The notes below the pieces were generated by a model. It was not told the origin of the DNA, did no database searches, and was given only the letters and a program-made list of their open reading frames with translations. This document shows, piece by piece, positions 38,622-51,500 of a stretch of 64,000 nt of DNA. Numbering within the stretch: the stretch's first letter is position 1; each line of letters begins with the position of its first letter. The translations under genes were made by a program, and so were the position numbers. Source of the stretch: Oikopleura dioica (taxonomy: Eukaryota > Animalia > Chordata); assembly GCA_907165135.1 (NCBI GenBank), contig OU015569.1:2232001-2296000 (forward strand), read 5' to 3'.

Positions 38622-41473
38622 TTACTGGCTGCTGTGAAGCTCCTGTGACTTGGAGAGTTTAAACTTGTCTCGGGCAAGTTTGCCGAGAGATATTCGTCCA
38701 ATTTGGCCGTTTGGTCGCTTGTAGTTAAGTTCTAATAGATACGAGTAAGAGACGGAAGGGGTCGAAAGGTGGGGGGAAATCTCTTTGTCGTAAGCTCGCG
38801 TGAAATTATGCTCTGTGTCGGGTAAGTTCCGAGTCGGAAATGATCAAAGCTTCCTTGTGGCTCGAGCAGTGGCCCCCCGTGACAATCACTAACCAATAAG
38901 AGCGCAGGGCGCAGTGCGCCACCCGCCCCCGCGTGGTCCGCGCTATGCGCTCGTTGAGCGTGCCCACCGTTCGCAGTCTGACAGACACGCTTCCAGAATA
39001 TCACAAAAAAAAAAACACTATTTTAAGATGAAAATTAATGTCTTATACAATCATTTCGATGGGATTACGACTAAAAAGATGCATGCTTACTAAATTTACA
39101 CGAAATGTATTTCAAATGTGAATTTTATCAATAATAAAAGCTCATTACCTTTGTCAGTAATCGATGTTATCTTGACTGTCTCTCGACTGTTCGACTCGCG
39201 CTGGAAGAGGACGACGACTTCGTTTTTGAAAAAGTACTTCAATCCGATCTTGAGCTTGCCGTTTATGACTTGCACATCCTTCTAAATCAATGTTATCATT
39301 AATAATTGTTGTTCGCGCTTGATGATTTTTGTAAAGATAGTAACAAAATTGGAGCTTACAAAAATCTAAAGCAGGAAATGCTGAAGAAAATTTCCATCGC
39401 AAGAAGGCACGGTTAGGAAGCTGAATTATTGAAATTGTCTAATCGAAATTATTGAAGGAGCAGTTTGAGACTTAGAACGTTTAGAGCACTCTAGCGAATT
39501 CTACCTGAAGCTGGCCTAATAAAATGCGCAGAAAGTATTTACATGAAGATGATAAGAAAGCGGAAATAGGCGAGTATGCGGTGTACTGCTTCGAGTTTCT
39601 TTGAATGTTGAAATGTTGTTGAAAAAAGAGGGTCAAAAATGTTGAAAAGAAGAATAGGTCAATCTAGGTTTTAATGAATAATAGTAAATGTCTTTGAATT
39701 GAATTGTATCTTGGCAGGTCTCGAACTGGAAGTCGAAATGAAAGGTTAACATCTGCTCTGGTCTTATGGTCATCTATGCTTCATTTGTAAAAATAGCTAG
39801 CACTAGAATAAATAAGAAGATCATTTTCGATTGAAGAGAAGGAGAAAAAATAAGAATAAAGGAAAAAACGAACATTGAGACAGGTCAAATAACCTTTTGA
39901 GCTGGAGCGGCGTTGTCGCGACGCTTGCGACTCGTTTTGATGAGCTTGAGGTCTTCGGCGATCTCGGCCTCGGTGAGTAGGATTTCTGATTCAGTGAGAA
40001 GTGTCGCACTGTGGCCGACGCGTTTGCGCTTTGGATCCAGCTCAGGGTAATAGAGCTTCGCCTTCTTACGCAGCCACTTCAAGCCGCTGTTCTGAACGGG
40101 CTTATTAACAGCTCTCCTGTTATCGCCAAGTACCTGGATTGAAATGCTGAGGGGATCGTCTGGCTTGTCGTCCTTCGCATCACGCGGGCGTAATCGCCGT
40201 TTGTTCTTGTTTTCGTACATTTCAATCCAGTTGGGACACGAGTCCATTTGTGCCTTTTCCTCGAGCATCAAGCGCTGCTTCTCCTCGTATTCCTCATGCA
40301 GGCTTCAGAGAAATCATTTAAGATTTAGCAAAAACTTATCGAAGCTGGCCCTTTCCTGGAGTAGTTGATTTCTGAACTCTTCTCGTTTGCTTTCTAGCTC
40401 GGCGTCGGCCTCATTCATTTCCTGTTTGGACTCCGCTGTTGCCGAATCGCGCAAGTACTCCTTGTACGCATGAAGTGTTCGTTTGTCCGCAGCGGCTTTG
40501 GATTCAATCTTTTTCCATTTCTAAAACATTCTCCCGTCTAGATTCTAGACAACATGAGAGGAATCGACATAACACCGGATTACAGATCAATCAAACCATT
40601 AGTTACTTTACCATCACATTCAATTACTAGCTAGTGTAACAATCAAACAAATCAGCAATGATCGACTGGCTTTGTTTTCTCTTGTGACTATGTATTAGTG
40701 ATTTTGAATAGTATGTTCGACGTAGCATGCATACATATTGATGTAGTACAAAGAGTGATATCAATCAATTAACATTTCAGTTTTCCGGCGCGTTGAAAAA
40801 TACCTATCAACTACGACTAAATTCCTTTGAACGGAAACAACTCTACGTTTTCATATTTTTCTAACCTCATCGATACCGCAATACTGAAGTCTTTTCTCTC
40901 TGGCTTGAGCCTGGTAGATTGCCTCCGCTAAAACGCACGGTCCGCAAGGGCAAGTCTTTTGCCCCTCAAAAAAGCCTCGTCAGTGGATTTAAGATCGTTC
41001 CTTATTTTAACTGTGCTGAACAAGATAACTCAAAACAGCAGAAACGAATAAACTCAAACCCGTTTCCTGACCACTCAAACGGCCACACTCCCTCACACTT
41101 TCCCTCGGACGCAGGAATATTTATATTTTTCGACGGAATTTTAGGACTTTTTTCAACGAGGAAATCCTGAAAGATTCTCTGATTAGAAAACGTGAAACGA
41201 AACTAAGCACCAGCGATCAAACCTTCATCAGCTCAGGTAGCGTTTCTTGCTCTGTGTTCTCGGATAGAGAATATGCCCTTTATTAAAAGAACTCTCTTGT
41301 TCTTATTCACTGTGTCTTTCTCTAGCCATGCCTAATAGCTCGAGTTTGTCCTCCAAATCGGCGATTTGCGAAAGTAACTCTCCTTCTCTCTTTGATGGCG
41401 AAAGGAGGTCCTTTTGAGAGTCCGTATTGTCCTGTGAAATGTCCGATAGTTCTTCTGTCGAAATATCATCCAT
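38622..41473 (-). CDS. SUDS3: Sin3-HDAC subunit SDS3-like (SDS3/BRMS1 family)
   Basis: LEDKLELLEQETLPE...EYEEKQRLMLEEK...RRLRPRD...LLTEAEIAEDLKLIK...NGKLKIG...RISLGKLARDKF parallels SUDS3 (LQQLQEGTLQE, ELEEKKKMIENEK, RKLRRRPND, LLTDEQIMEDL, RIYLGQLQRG). Confidence 0.75.
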
Positions 41474-41730
41474 TTTCTTAAATTCGAATACATTTTATTT
41501 TCGAGTTCGAATTCGTTGAATGGGTACTGTTGAAGAAGGTCGAGTGAAGTACAGATTGAATGGTCTGAGTACAGAAAGATGTGAGCAGTTATCCGTGTTT
41601 GAAATGAATAATTTTCTTTCGTCGAATGATATGTACAGATATTTACTGGTAAAACGTAGGCATTGATTGATTGGTCGCTAGATTTCGGAACTTCAAAAGA
41701 GTCGCAAGAAGAGGCAAGTGAAGGTAAGAT

Positions 41731-44490
41731 TTAATCTGTCTGGCCGGAGTAAGAGTTCAGTCGAGCTTCCGAAAATTGAATATACGCTTAAAATGATAGT
41801 TTACCTATATGATAAAGAATGTCCTTTCGAGTAATGATTCCTTGAAGTTTTCCATGTCGGAGGACCATGCAGTGGCGAATTCCAAGTTTTCGAAAGATCT
41901 AGAATGAAAATTCGATAAATTTGGAAAATAAGGACCGTTGAATACCTCTAGAACTAGCGCCATTGGGGTGACGTCGGACACATTCACCGGGGCAATATCG
42001 AGAATATGAGATAAACGAGCAATCGAGGGTTCTCCAGGCTTCTGGATAGGAACCGTGTCGGTAAAGTGTGCCATCGACTGGGAAGTGATTCCTTTACAGA
42101 GTTATTCGAAGGTCTGTCAAGCTCGAAGGCATGGAAAAATATAACTCAGTTCCTTGAGATTGCATGCGCAATTCGTCAATCGCAAGTTGAAGATCTTGGG
42201 CGACAACGAAGCCGATAAGACGCATGCATGATCGCGATAGAACGACTGGAAATCCATGGTATGGTGCGTTTTTGATCATCTCTTCAATCTTTCAAATAAT
42301 TAAGGAAATTATCGAAAAGGGAGGAGTAACCTCGGCAAGTGTTTGACCTTCAGCAGTGATGACTTGGAGTTTCCGCTCGCTGTGATCTTCTGGCCGAGGA
42401 CGCATAACATCACATGCGAGATTACTATAGTTATAATCCGTCTATCTTGAGGTCAAATAATGTCATACGCGACAGATGTGATAGATGATCTCATGATTCC
42501 TTCAAAAGTGACCCGGTCCTTACTATCGAGAAATGGGTAATTGTTGAGTTTGATGTGTAAATCGTAGATGCCTTCATGGCCAAAAGCGTCGCCGATCCAC
42601 TTTGCAGTCATCGTTGCAACCATCAGTGGTACAATGTAGAAAAGGCCGCCAGTTAGTTCGTACATGATAACAACGAGCGAAACGGTCATTCGAGTAACAC
42701 CAGATAAAGTACTCGCAGCGCCAACCATCGCATACAAGCCCGGATTGACACAAACTATCGAAAAATTGATGAAACCGTAGGTAGGAGTCGTTTACCTTGT
42801 CCTTCCCCGCAGTAGCTTGAGAAAATAGACCAGTGATTGAAGTTGAGAACAAATTGCTGAATTCCCAGACCTACAAGTCGACCGAAGATGGCACCAACAG
42901 TCATTGAAGGGATAAAAAGACCGGACGGGACTTTGATTCCGAAAGTAACGATTGTAAGCGCGATGTAAAGTAGCATTGCAAGAATGAGGCCAGTGATTGA
43001 TCGTTTCTAAATGAAAAAATAAAGTTGAATAAATTTCATCTATATTACAATTTCAGGGCTTAGTCCTCCGATTATCATGTCATCAGCAGAAATGTGTTTT
43101 GAGTCGTTGGAATTGAGCGTATAGTGGCAGATGTCTTCATCCCATCGCTCGTAATTGCAAGTTTTGAAGAGCATCGCGATGAGGTCTGATTGAGCCATTT
43201 GGGTGTAGTAATTTGGAAAGCAAAGAATAGCCGTCGCTAAACAAAAACAACTTATTAGTAAAAATCAGTCATGATATAACTTACCAACACAAGTAACAAC
43301 GACTTCGAGGTAAGGCCAGTCAGATAGTTTGGAGCTTCTTCGAAATTTACAGTAAATAATGTTCATTTTATTGAAGAACGCGCCATAGAGTCCACCAAGA
43401 ATGCCAACAACAATAAAGCCGATGAGTTCGAACCAGTACCAGGGTTCGTCGTAGTGACTGTAGAACATAACGAGATGCTCGTTACCAAAGGGATTGATAG
43501 AGCGCAACACAAAAGCAGCAGTCATTGCTGATAAGAATGAACGATAAAGTGTCTTGAGTGGAAAATAGTAAGACACTTCTTCTAGGGAAAAGAGAACGCC
43601 ACCGATGGGAGCTCCAAAAGCGACGGATACACCGGCAGCGGCGGCTGCAGAAAGCATTTCTCTTCTTTTGGCCTGATTGTATTTGTATTTTGGGAAGAGT
43701 CTCGAGATAGCGTTGCCGCAGCAAGATGCCACATGCACAAGAGGGCCTTCTTTTCCGAGGGAGAGGCCGGCACCGACTGCGAGTGGAAGTGCAAACATTT
43801 TCCCAAGAAGAGTGCAAATTCCCAAGTAACCGTGGATCACAAAACCCGACAGAATCGTCTTCACTTCTGGAATACCACTTCCAGTGGCGTACGGGGAGAA
43901 ATACTTGACGACAAGTCCGCAAATGGCGCCCATAGTTACAGCGAATAGGATGTACATAAAGTAGTCCGCTGTGAAGAGAGAAGTCTGAGAAGAAGCACCG
44001 AACACTTCGCCCCATCGTTTCCACTCCGTGCAGTTTTCGGTCGAATACGAGGTCCAGCAGCATTGTTCTTGGTTCAACCAAAAATATCCAGTGCAGATTC
44101 CTCGCTTGAAATCGGCAAGCCACTTCGTCGTTACATCAACGACACCGGCGCACAATCCCGAGGCCACACCAATGAGCAAAACGACGATCCAGCCACTCGC
44201 TGCATCAACGATTTTGTTGATTTTGTCTTTTGCTGGAGACGAGCGGGAGCCTGCTGCTCGGTTGATCCTTTAAATTTAATGGCTAATCAACTTGTGCTTC
44301 GATTTTTGTGTTACCTCTGATGCCTTGCTTTATCCTTAGAAAGCTCTCTCAGCCAGTCTATCGAGTGATAATTTCTGTACTTTGCTCGGGGCTGAGGATG
44401 ATTCCGTGACGTATTCGAGAAAGACATCTCGATCGCCAGGTCCGAAAAACGATCGCTTTCGAGAAGTTGATCATCACTGTCACTGTCCAT
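41731..44490 (-). CDS. CLCN3: ClC-3/4/5 subfamily Cl-/H+ exchanger with CBS domains
   Basis: [77 protein letters not shown]; C-terminal [25 protein letters not shown]. The paralog (3, 4 or 5) cannot be resolved. Confidence 0.9.
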
Positions 44491-44591
44491 TTCTAAAAGG
44501 AAAGCGATAGATTAATTGAATTTGTTTCTCAATTCTTCATTTGTACAGGTCGTCGTCAATCATTCGAGAAAAGAACATTCGGGTTTCAATT

Positions 44592-45111
44592 TTAACCGTC
44601 CTCCTTGTCCGTGTGGTGGCACTTTTGACAGCGATAGAAACATGTTTGACCTTCGTCAGCGCTTCGTAATTGCATCGTCTTAATTTGCAACGTAAAGAAT
44701 CAAACTAAATTGCGAAAGAATCAACCTTGAGCCAAGCGAACATGTGCCCGCACTTGGAGCATAAGTGCGTCGTCTCCTGGCCCAGATTATCATCGTCCTT
44801 CTTCTTGAAGTAATTGCTAGGGTAGTTGATGATCACCTCCGACCAGTTCAAAACTGAGTCGTGGTAAATCTTCGCTGGCGCTTTGAACGGACACTTTTTG
44901 CAACGGATTACCATTTCTGTCGAGAAACTCTTTTTTCGGAATTTTGAAAATTTTAAATTCAGGATAAAGAAAAGAGACTCACAACTTTGAGATTTTCAAA
45001 AGCCTTTCACAGAATCGTCCAACAACATGGACAAAAAGTTTTATCTTCCATACTCTCGACCTGTGCTTTCATTCTAGCAAATTCCTCCTTGCTATACTCC
45101 TCTGTACTCAT
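44592..45111 (-). CDS. POLR1H: RNA polymerase I subunit RPA12 (ZNRD1)
   Basis: N-terminal FCPCC...CKKC zinc ribbon. C-terminal CSKCGH...TMQLRSADEGQTCFYRCQKCHHTDKEDG* matches RPA12 (QMRSADEGQTVFYTC..C...KED). Confidence 0.9.
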
Positions 45112-45341
45112 TCTGAAGCTTTATTCGATTATCACCAGTTGGACATACGGTGTCCCAATGAAGAGATCTACTGAATCAGTTAGTTTTCGCAGCTTCTTAA
45201 CTTTAGAAATTTCATGAAATCGAAAAGCCATTAAGGGCCTCGAGTTTTTCAAATCTAAGGCCTCACTTTCCATTTCCGTCACTAGAAGCCGCAAGCGGGT
45301 CCTCAAGTTTAAATAAATAATTTATGACAAAATCTTCCTCG

Positions 45342-45551
45342 TTTCGGCAGCCTGTGAAGAGAACCTGAATCAGGGCTGGTAAAGCTTTTATAAAAAGTTA
45401 CGCACCGTCTATTTCTAGCAAAGCGGCGAAAAAACTTTTTCCATGGTTGTTTCCGAAATCAATCATGAAGCGCTACACGGCTTTACATAGGACAATCACA
45501 TAGCTTAATCAGGACCTTGACACAGGTATCTCCAAAGATTGCCGAACCCAG
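45342..45551. mobile_element. Degenerate MITE related to the CTGGG family
   Basis: ttcggcagcctgtgaagagaacctgaatcagg at the left and gacacagg...ttgccgaacccag at the right. Confidence 0.5.
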
Positions 45552-45655
45552 GACGATAGTTTTGGTGGTTCAAAACTGCAATGATTGACTAAATAACGAG
45601 ACGAGAAAGAAATGTCCAGTAAAGGATTTATTCACAAGGCAGGAGAGGAAGCAGT

Positions 45656-46363
45656 TTACTTAGAGCCCTGCTTGGCCTTGAGGATCTTGACAACCATCTT
45701 CTGTTCGTCAACGAGGAAAGCTCGGACGATTCGGGATCGGACGGCGCCGCCGGAGAGGGTGCCACCGTACGCTCGGGAGACCTGGCAAAAACGTAAGACA
45801 AAGGATAAAAAGAAACTCGTTTATTAAAATGGTTATACTATTAGAAAAATGATAAGTCTGACGTACAGTCTTTTGTCGTCGGGAGAGCTTGGAAGCTTCT
45901 CGGGGTCGGACGGCGCGGACACCTCGAAGGGGCTGCTTAGTGTCACCGCAGATTGGGACGGAAGCGGCCTTCTTCACTCGCTAAAATTTGGCTGCAGAGA
46001 TTTCTTATGAAAACATGTTCTTTTGGAGATCGGAAGTATTTACGACAAAACTTTTAAATAAACCTAAATCGTAATATCGCGAAGCCGCATAAACTTTCAC
46101 CTAAGATTTTTAGGCCCTTACACAGGTTGTCTACGGAGATTGCCTAGCCCCGATTTTAGCAGGCTTCTTTCTCCGAAAGAAAGAGCTTTGATGAGGGTGT
46201 TAAAATAGAATGATAAATTTAATTCAAATCTAAATTAAGCATTAACTGTTTCTGCAGCCATTTCCTGGTAAACGAGCTTTCCACCGGGAGTCTTGACGAT
46301 CTTTCGACCGTTAGAAGCGGTGTTGTAAGCCAGTCGACGACGGTAGGTAAGTCGCTGGACCAT
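45656..46363 (-). CDS. RPL34: 60S ribosomal protein eL34
   Basis: [33 protein letters not shown]|[26 protein letters not shown]...|[40 protein letters not shown]. First coding intron is GA-AG (46264-45981). Confidence 0.97.
46080..46152. mobile_element. MITE terminus fragment in RPL34 intron
   Basis: gaagccgc...cttacacaggttgtctacggagattgcctagcccc resembles the right end at 45520-45551 and the CTGGG family TIR. Confidence 0.45.
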
Positions 46364-46699
46364 TGTGACCGATTTGATAAATCTGAAACCGCTTCATATT
46401 AGTTTTGACAAGGTATTGAGTTTATCAATTTAGATACGAGGAATTTTCATACAATAAGTATTAAAAAAAGTCAATCATCTATCCTTTTACTAATTATTTA
46501 TACAAGTTAACGCTTATTGCTGCGATCAAAAGATGATAAATTATTCAATAAGGAAAATCTTCAGGAAAGTAACACCAATCTTCAAGTTCGACCTTCTTAC
46601 AACGATCTCTAATGAAAATCCTCTCAATGGGGGGAGTTTTTAGGCCTCTAGAAACTCCAGAGTCACTGTAATAGTGGAAAAAGGAGGAGATTAGCACCG

Positions 46700-47030
46700 G
46701 ATTCACGGAATTTCTCTGGTGGGAAGTATTTTTTCATTCTTTCCAGCAGCGCAGCCAATCAGCGCCGAGCAGGAAAAAGCGTGGGTGTTCTCGAGCGTGG
46801 ATTGAGTCACCACGTGAAAACCAAAAGAAAAAAGAATCGACGGCGAATCAGTCGAATCAGTTCGCTTCCGTTCGCTCCGGCGATCGGGCGCGAACTCTGA
46901 TTTTACTGATTCTCCAAGAAAATATAAAAATCGAAGAAGAAAATCAGTCAGTTTGAATGCCGACTCGAAGATACGATCGAAGTGAGAGAGATTGAGAGCG
47001 CCCTTTTCGAGTGAGTAAACAAAGCGTAAC
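46700..47030. promoter_or_regulatory. Probable promoter of the minus-strand gene run, possibly bidirectional
   Basis: GC-richer non-coding island upstream of RPL34 with CCAATC (~46756), TGAGTCA and CACGTG (~46802-46816). Confidence 0.3.
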
Positions 47031-47605
47031 ATTCTCTTATTTTGATTTCAGAATCGAAATAATCTATGTATCTTTACTTTTTTCTTCTTGGTCTTTATTA
47101 TTCTTATTCAGGAATTGAAGGGGAGCCGTGAACGTCCTTGAGGGGAATCAACAGTTTCAATGTCCGCCAAGATATTGAAAAATGTAAGTTTCTCGCTTTG
47201 ACTTCAGCTTTTGATTTTGTTGTTCAGGTTTCTCTTGGAAGACTTGGCGGTATGAGATAATCGAAATTCATTGAGTTCGATTCAATGAAGAAACGCAACC
47301 GAGACAGCGTTCCTGCTCGGTTGCCGACGCCCATCCTGAAACTGCCCTGCCACTCGTCCAAAGGAGCTGGATGGGCTACAACGTAACCCTAGTGGCGGCT
47401 GATTCTCCACAGTAAAGGTCGCTTCACCGCGATCTTCACTTCCACAAGGCTAGATGGAGATTCAGTTTGCCAAGAAACGTCGAAAACCGACGGCAGAATT
47501 CACTGAAAGAGTTATTAAAACTCTTTCTGTGTCTTGTACCTCAGAAAATCTTTCTGTGGCTTGTACCTCTTTATTCCCGCAACAATATCGCTGCCAGATT
47601 ATATT

Positions 47606-48330
47606 TTAATTACTTCGAATTAACAAAAGTGTCTGATTTAGATAAATTATGAGCACGAAGTCTGGTTGTTCAAGAAGGTCACCAAAGCAACAACCAGTAA
47701 TGTGAACGAAAGTGCGAAGTTTCTCGAGGAAGAAAACATGGCGTTTCTGAAGAAGCTTTTCATGACAAAAGTCATGAGAAGGCCTTTCAAATGGACGGAA
47801 GATTTCCCATCGTGTACTATTTCCTGAATACAATAAGAAACTACTTTTTCATAAAAAGATCTTTGTTTTTCTTGTGTTACTTTTTTACATTCGCAGAAAT
47901 TATGCAGGTTTATGTCTTGACTTGTTTCTGCCATCTTATTCCGGAATAACTTGCTGTAGGAAAAAAATGCTGTCGAAAGCGGTAGATTTGCTTACTTTCC
48001 CCGAAATCAAACAAAAGCTCGTGGCGCGCGAACGTTGTCAAAGCATCGCCGCAGCCATGAGATCGGAGGAGTCCAAATTTCTGGTTTGACATCGTATCCA
48101 TCGCATTTCCTAATTTGCAGTCTCAGAGTTGTAAGATTTCTAGTCTACTTGTTCCTTTTCTCATCACACAGAGCTCTTTTTCAACCAGCCCTGGCGGAGA
48201 GTACAGTAATCAAAAAAATGTTCGTCTAACAATGCAGCGGGATTAGCCACCTTCGGTGTTCATTTTCTTGTCTTTTTTTCTTCGCTTTTCTGAAAAGTTG
48301 CTTTTTCGTCTGAACAAGTCGGGCTCTTTC
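47606..48330 (-). CDS. Possible spliced or degenerate gene of unknown function
   Basis: Protein-like minus-strand segments (LIKKERARLVQTKKQLFRKAKKKRQENEHRRW; FGLLRSHGCGDALTTFARHELLFDFGE; WEIFRPFERPSHDFCHEKLLQKRH) and a clear GT-AG intron near 47993-47953. No complete model. Confidence 0.25.
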
Positions 48331-48557
48331 TTTTTGATCAATCCGCAAGTTCACTTTCGACAGATAGTGTTTTTTACGAAAGAGTCTTTTCAGTAACGGA
48401 AAAAAAGAGCGCGTCTTATTTGCAAAATACTTCTTTCAGGCGCAGGAAACTGTCAACTTCTCAATTGAAGACTCCATTTTCGTTTCCCAAGAGTTTTTTG
48501 GATCCCAGCGAGACTCTTTCTTTTTCAGAGTAAACTCGACTGTGGCATGCGAAGAGA

Positions 48558-51500
48558 ATGATGCAGTTGGAAAAACCAGCCACTGAATCGGATCTGGCAA
48601 ATGCTCAGGTAATTTTTCCCGTTTTTGCTAATCCCAAGGTTTAAAAAATAATTGTCAGGTGCAGTTCGACGAATGGCTTCAGAAGCAGAAAACCTCGCTG
48701 TCGGAAGAGAAGAGCCGACTCCAGGCGCAAAAGGAAAACCAGAACCCGATGAAGGCGCCGAAGGAAGATAGCGCGCTAGAATTAACGGGTAAAACGCAGC
48801 CTCTGCGCAGGAGCTACTCAAAAGACACAGAACCGTTGATTTTTAAAATGGGTGAAGAGAACCTTTACCGCAAGAGGCTTATTTCAAAAGGTATTGGTGA
48901 GGAGTCAGAACTTGTCGTTGTTGTTTTTGACAGCGGGAAGCGGTAATATCTAGCCCGATATTGCCGCCACCGACCAATCCATTTATCGAAGCGAAAATGG
49001 CACGCACTCTCACTTATCACGAATGGCACCTTTTAGCATCCGTAGCTTGCACTTTACACTCACTTATAGGTAGCGGCACGCTTTGCAAGTAAACGTTTAT
49101 TCGCTTTTTTAGCTTTTTGTTCTTTTAGTTGTATGCACAGAAATGCATGAAGCTAATCTTCTCCTGATGTTAAGTGCTAAAATCATTCTTAGACGCGAGA
49201 ATAGCGAAGACGGGCATCAATTTGCCACAAAAAGGCTACAATCCCTTCGACACAGATCTCACTCGAGAAGCGGCTCATCGTCGACGGCTTCCGCGTGAGG
49301 CTCCCTCATCGTCTGGTGGAGATCTCTTTGCGCATCGTCCAACAACGGCTGAAGTAAAAGATAAGCAAAGACGCGCCTACAAGGCAGCACTCGATGCTCA
49401 AATGGCATCGCGAAGACGAGGAGCTATCGCTTCTGTCAGAAGCCATAAAACAGAAATGCCCATGGGTTGGGTTCAGAGAGTTCTAGTGTTGATTTTTCAT
49501 TCTATAAAATGAATTTCTCTCATCCAAAATAAGCAAATCCTCCAACAAAGCACGAGTCGATCATCCACCATCCAAGCTTTGAAACGCTTGTGAACAACCC
49601 CGAACTTAACCAAACTCCTCGGCCGACGAGTCAACTTGCCAAACAAGCGCAGAAATCCGCTGCTATTCAGACTCCTGATATAGACGACTACGAAGACGTA
49701 AAAGTACCGACTCCTCGAAATATCAGACAAAAATCGTTTGATCGCGCTCCTCCGCCGCAGTTCGTTCAGCAACCGGCTCCCCAAGTTCACATCGTGCACG
49801 CTCCTCCTGCTCAGCAACCAGCGAACCCGCCAGTCCAGCAGATATACCACCAACCTCCTCCCCCGTCGCACTCTATCGACGATTCTCGACTCCAAGCGGC
49901 CCTAGAGCAAGCGACGATGAATCTTCAATCGACAAGTGCTGCATTGACGCGCACTGGAGGCATCGCACCCGCGAATTTTGCTCAATATCCAACGACGACA
50001 GTGCAGTACTCTTCGCTTCCAACCTACCAAGAGCCGGAGAATCAAGTCAATACTCCCCGACGGGTGCAGATTGATCACACACCGAGAGTATCTCAAAACG
50101 AGCCACAGCAATACAGAACGCGCGGAGACGGATCAAATCCGAATAAGCAGTCCGCTAGTGATTACGCAAAAATGCTTCGAGAGCAAATCCAGCAAAGGCA
50201 AAGAGAGAAACAGAGGATCAAGAACGAGGAGAATGCATACAACGGTAACTTGTTTAAGAGAATTAAAAAGATTTAACAAAAACTTGTAGCTAAGAAAGAA
50301 GTGGAGATGAGATACTATGATCCTTTTGGACGAGGCGGAGCAGGCGCCCCTGTTCGAGGAAAAGACGGCCAAGTGATGACTGATTTGAGGCAAATGCAGT
50401 TCATCAATAAGCAGTTGGAAAACAACGTTGATCTGGTTAGATATAAATAAATGCCATACTCATATATAATCCTCCTTTAGACATACGAACTCAAGGACGT
50501 TGAACAACGAAATACTCCAGCTCCTCCATCCAGAATCGAACAACTCGATTACGATCGCGAAGAAGCGTTGGGAAAAGGAGCTCGTGTGAAAAGTGACATC
50601 TTTGGAGAGCCACAGAAAAAGGACTACAACTACATGGGTAAGTTCTTTCATAGACAAACTTCTCTATGCGACATTTTTTAGCTTACTTAGAAGATGAGAT
50701 CAGAAAGAAAGAAGAATTGAAGAGGAAAAAGAAGGAGCAAGAAGAGGTTTGTTTTTTTGCGAAAGATTAGATTTATCATTCATGTCTCCAGCTTGAAGCG
50801 CAGAAGGAAGAGCAACGAATCATGAAAGAAATCGAAAAGCTCAACCGTCAAGCTGAGGAAGAAAAAAGACGCGAAGAACTTGCAAAGGCGCAGAAAGAAG
50901 TAAGCTTAGCAATCGCGAACTTTTCTTACGGTTAAATTCAGCAACAGAAGATGGCCTCTATTCAACGCCAAGCGCCCAAGCTACGGTTTTTACTAACTAT
51001 GTCCGACGGCCATTTGCCGTGCTAACACCCGACTAAACTCACGTGCACGAAATAAATCACATGTATTTTTGATTCTTTAAAATTATGAATTAAACTTCCA
51101 GATTCCTTGATTGACTCTGATTTTGATTTACTTGATTTACATAAATGATTTTGAAAACTTTGATTTTTGGGAAAATTGGAAAAAACCGAAAACCAGGAAA
51201 CGAAATTCGAAGAACCGAACGTCCATAAAACCGCAAAGGATCGCCCTAAAAAGGTTGTTGATACGTCTGGTTGGGATGCAGAGCAAAAGAAGCTCGACGA
51301 CGCTCTTAAATCCGCGAAACATCGCTCTCAATCTCGCCAGTCTCAAAAAACGCCTCGTGAAATCCCGCGAACGCCAGCTCACGGAAACGAGCCCGTCCGC
51401 CGCTCTGATAACTTGCATCCTCCTCCAACAGCTTCGTACTCCTCCCCCGTTGCGAATCAATCGTACGAGCCTACAGTGAAAAGTCGATCTGACGAGGTGC

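Noticed and set aside
47100-47510. Possible small spliced plus-strand gene
   Set aside because: Several mutually exclusive models need introns under 30 nt; no homology.
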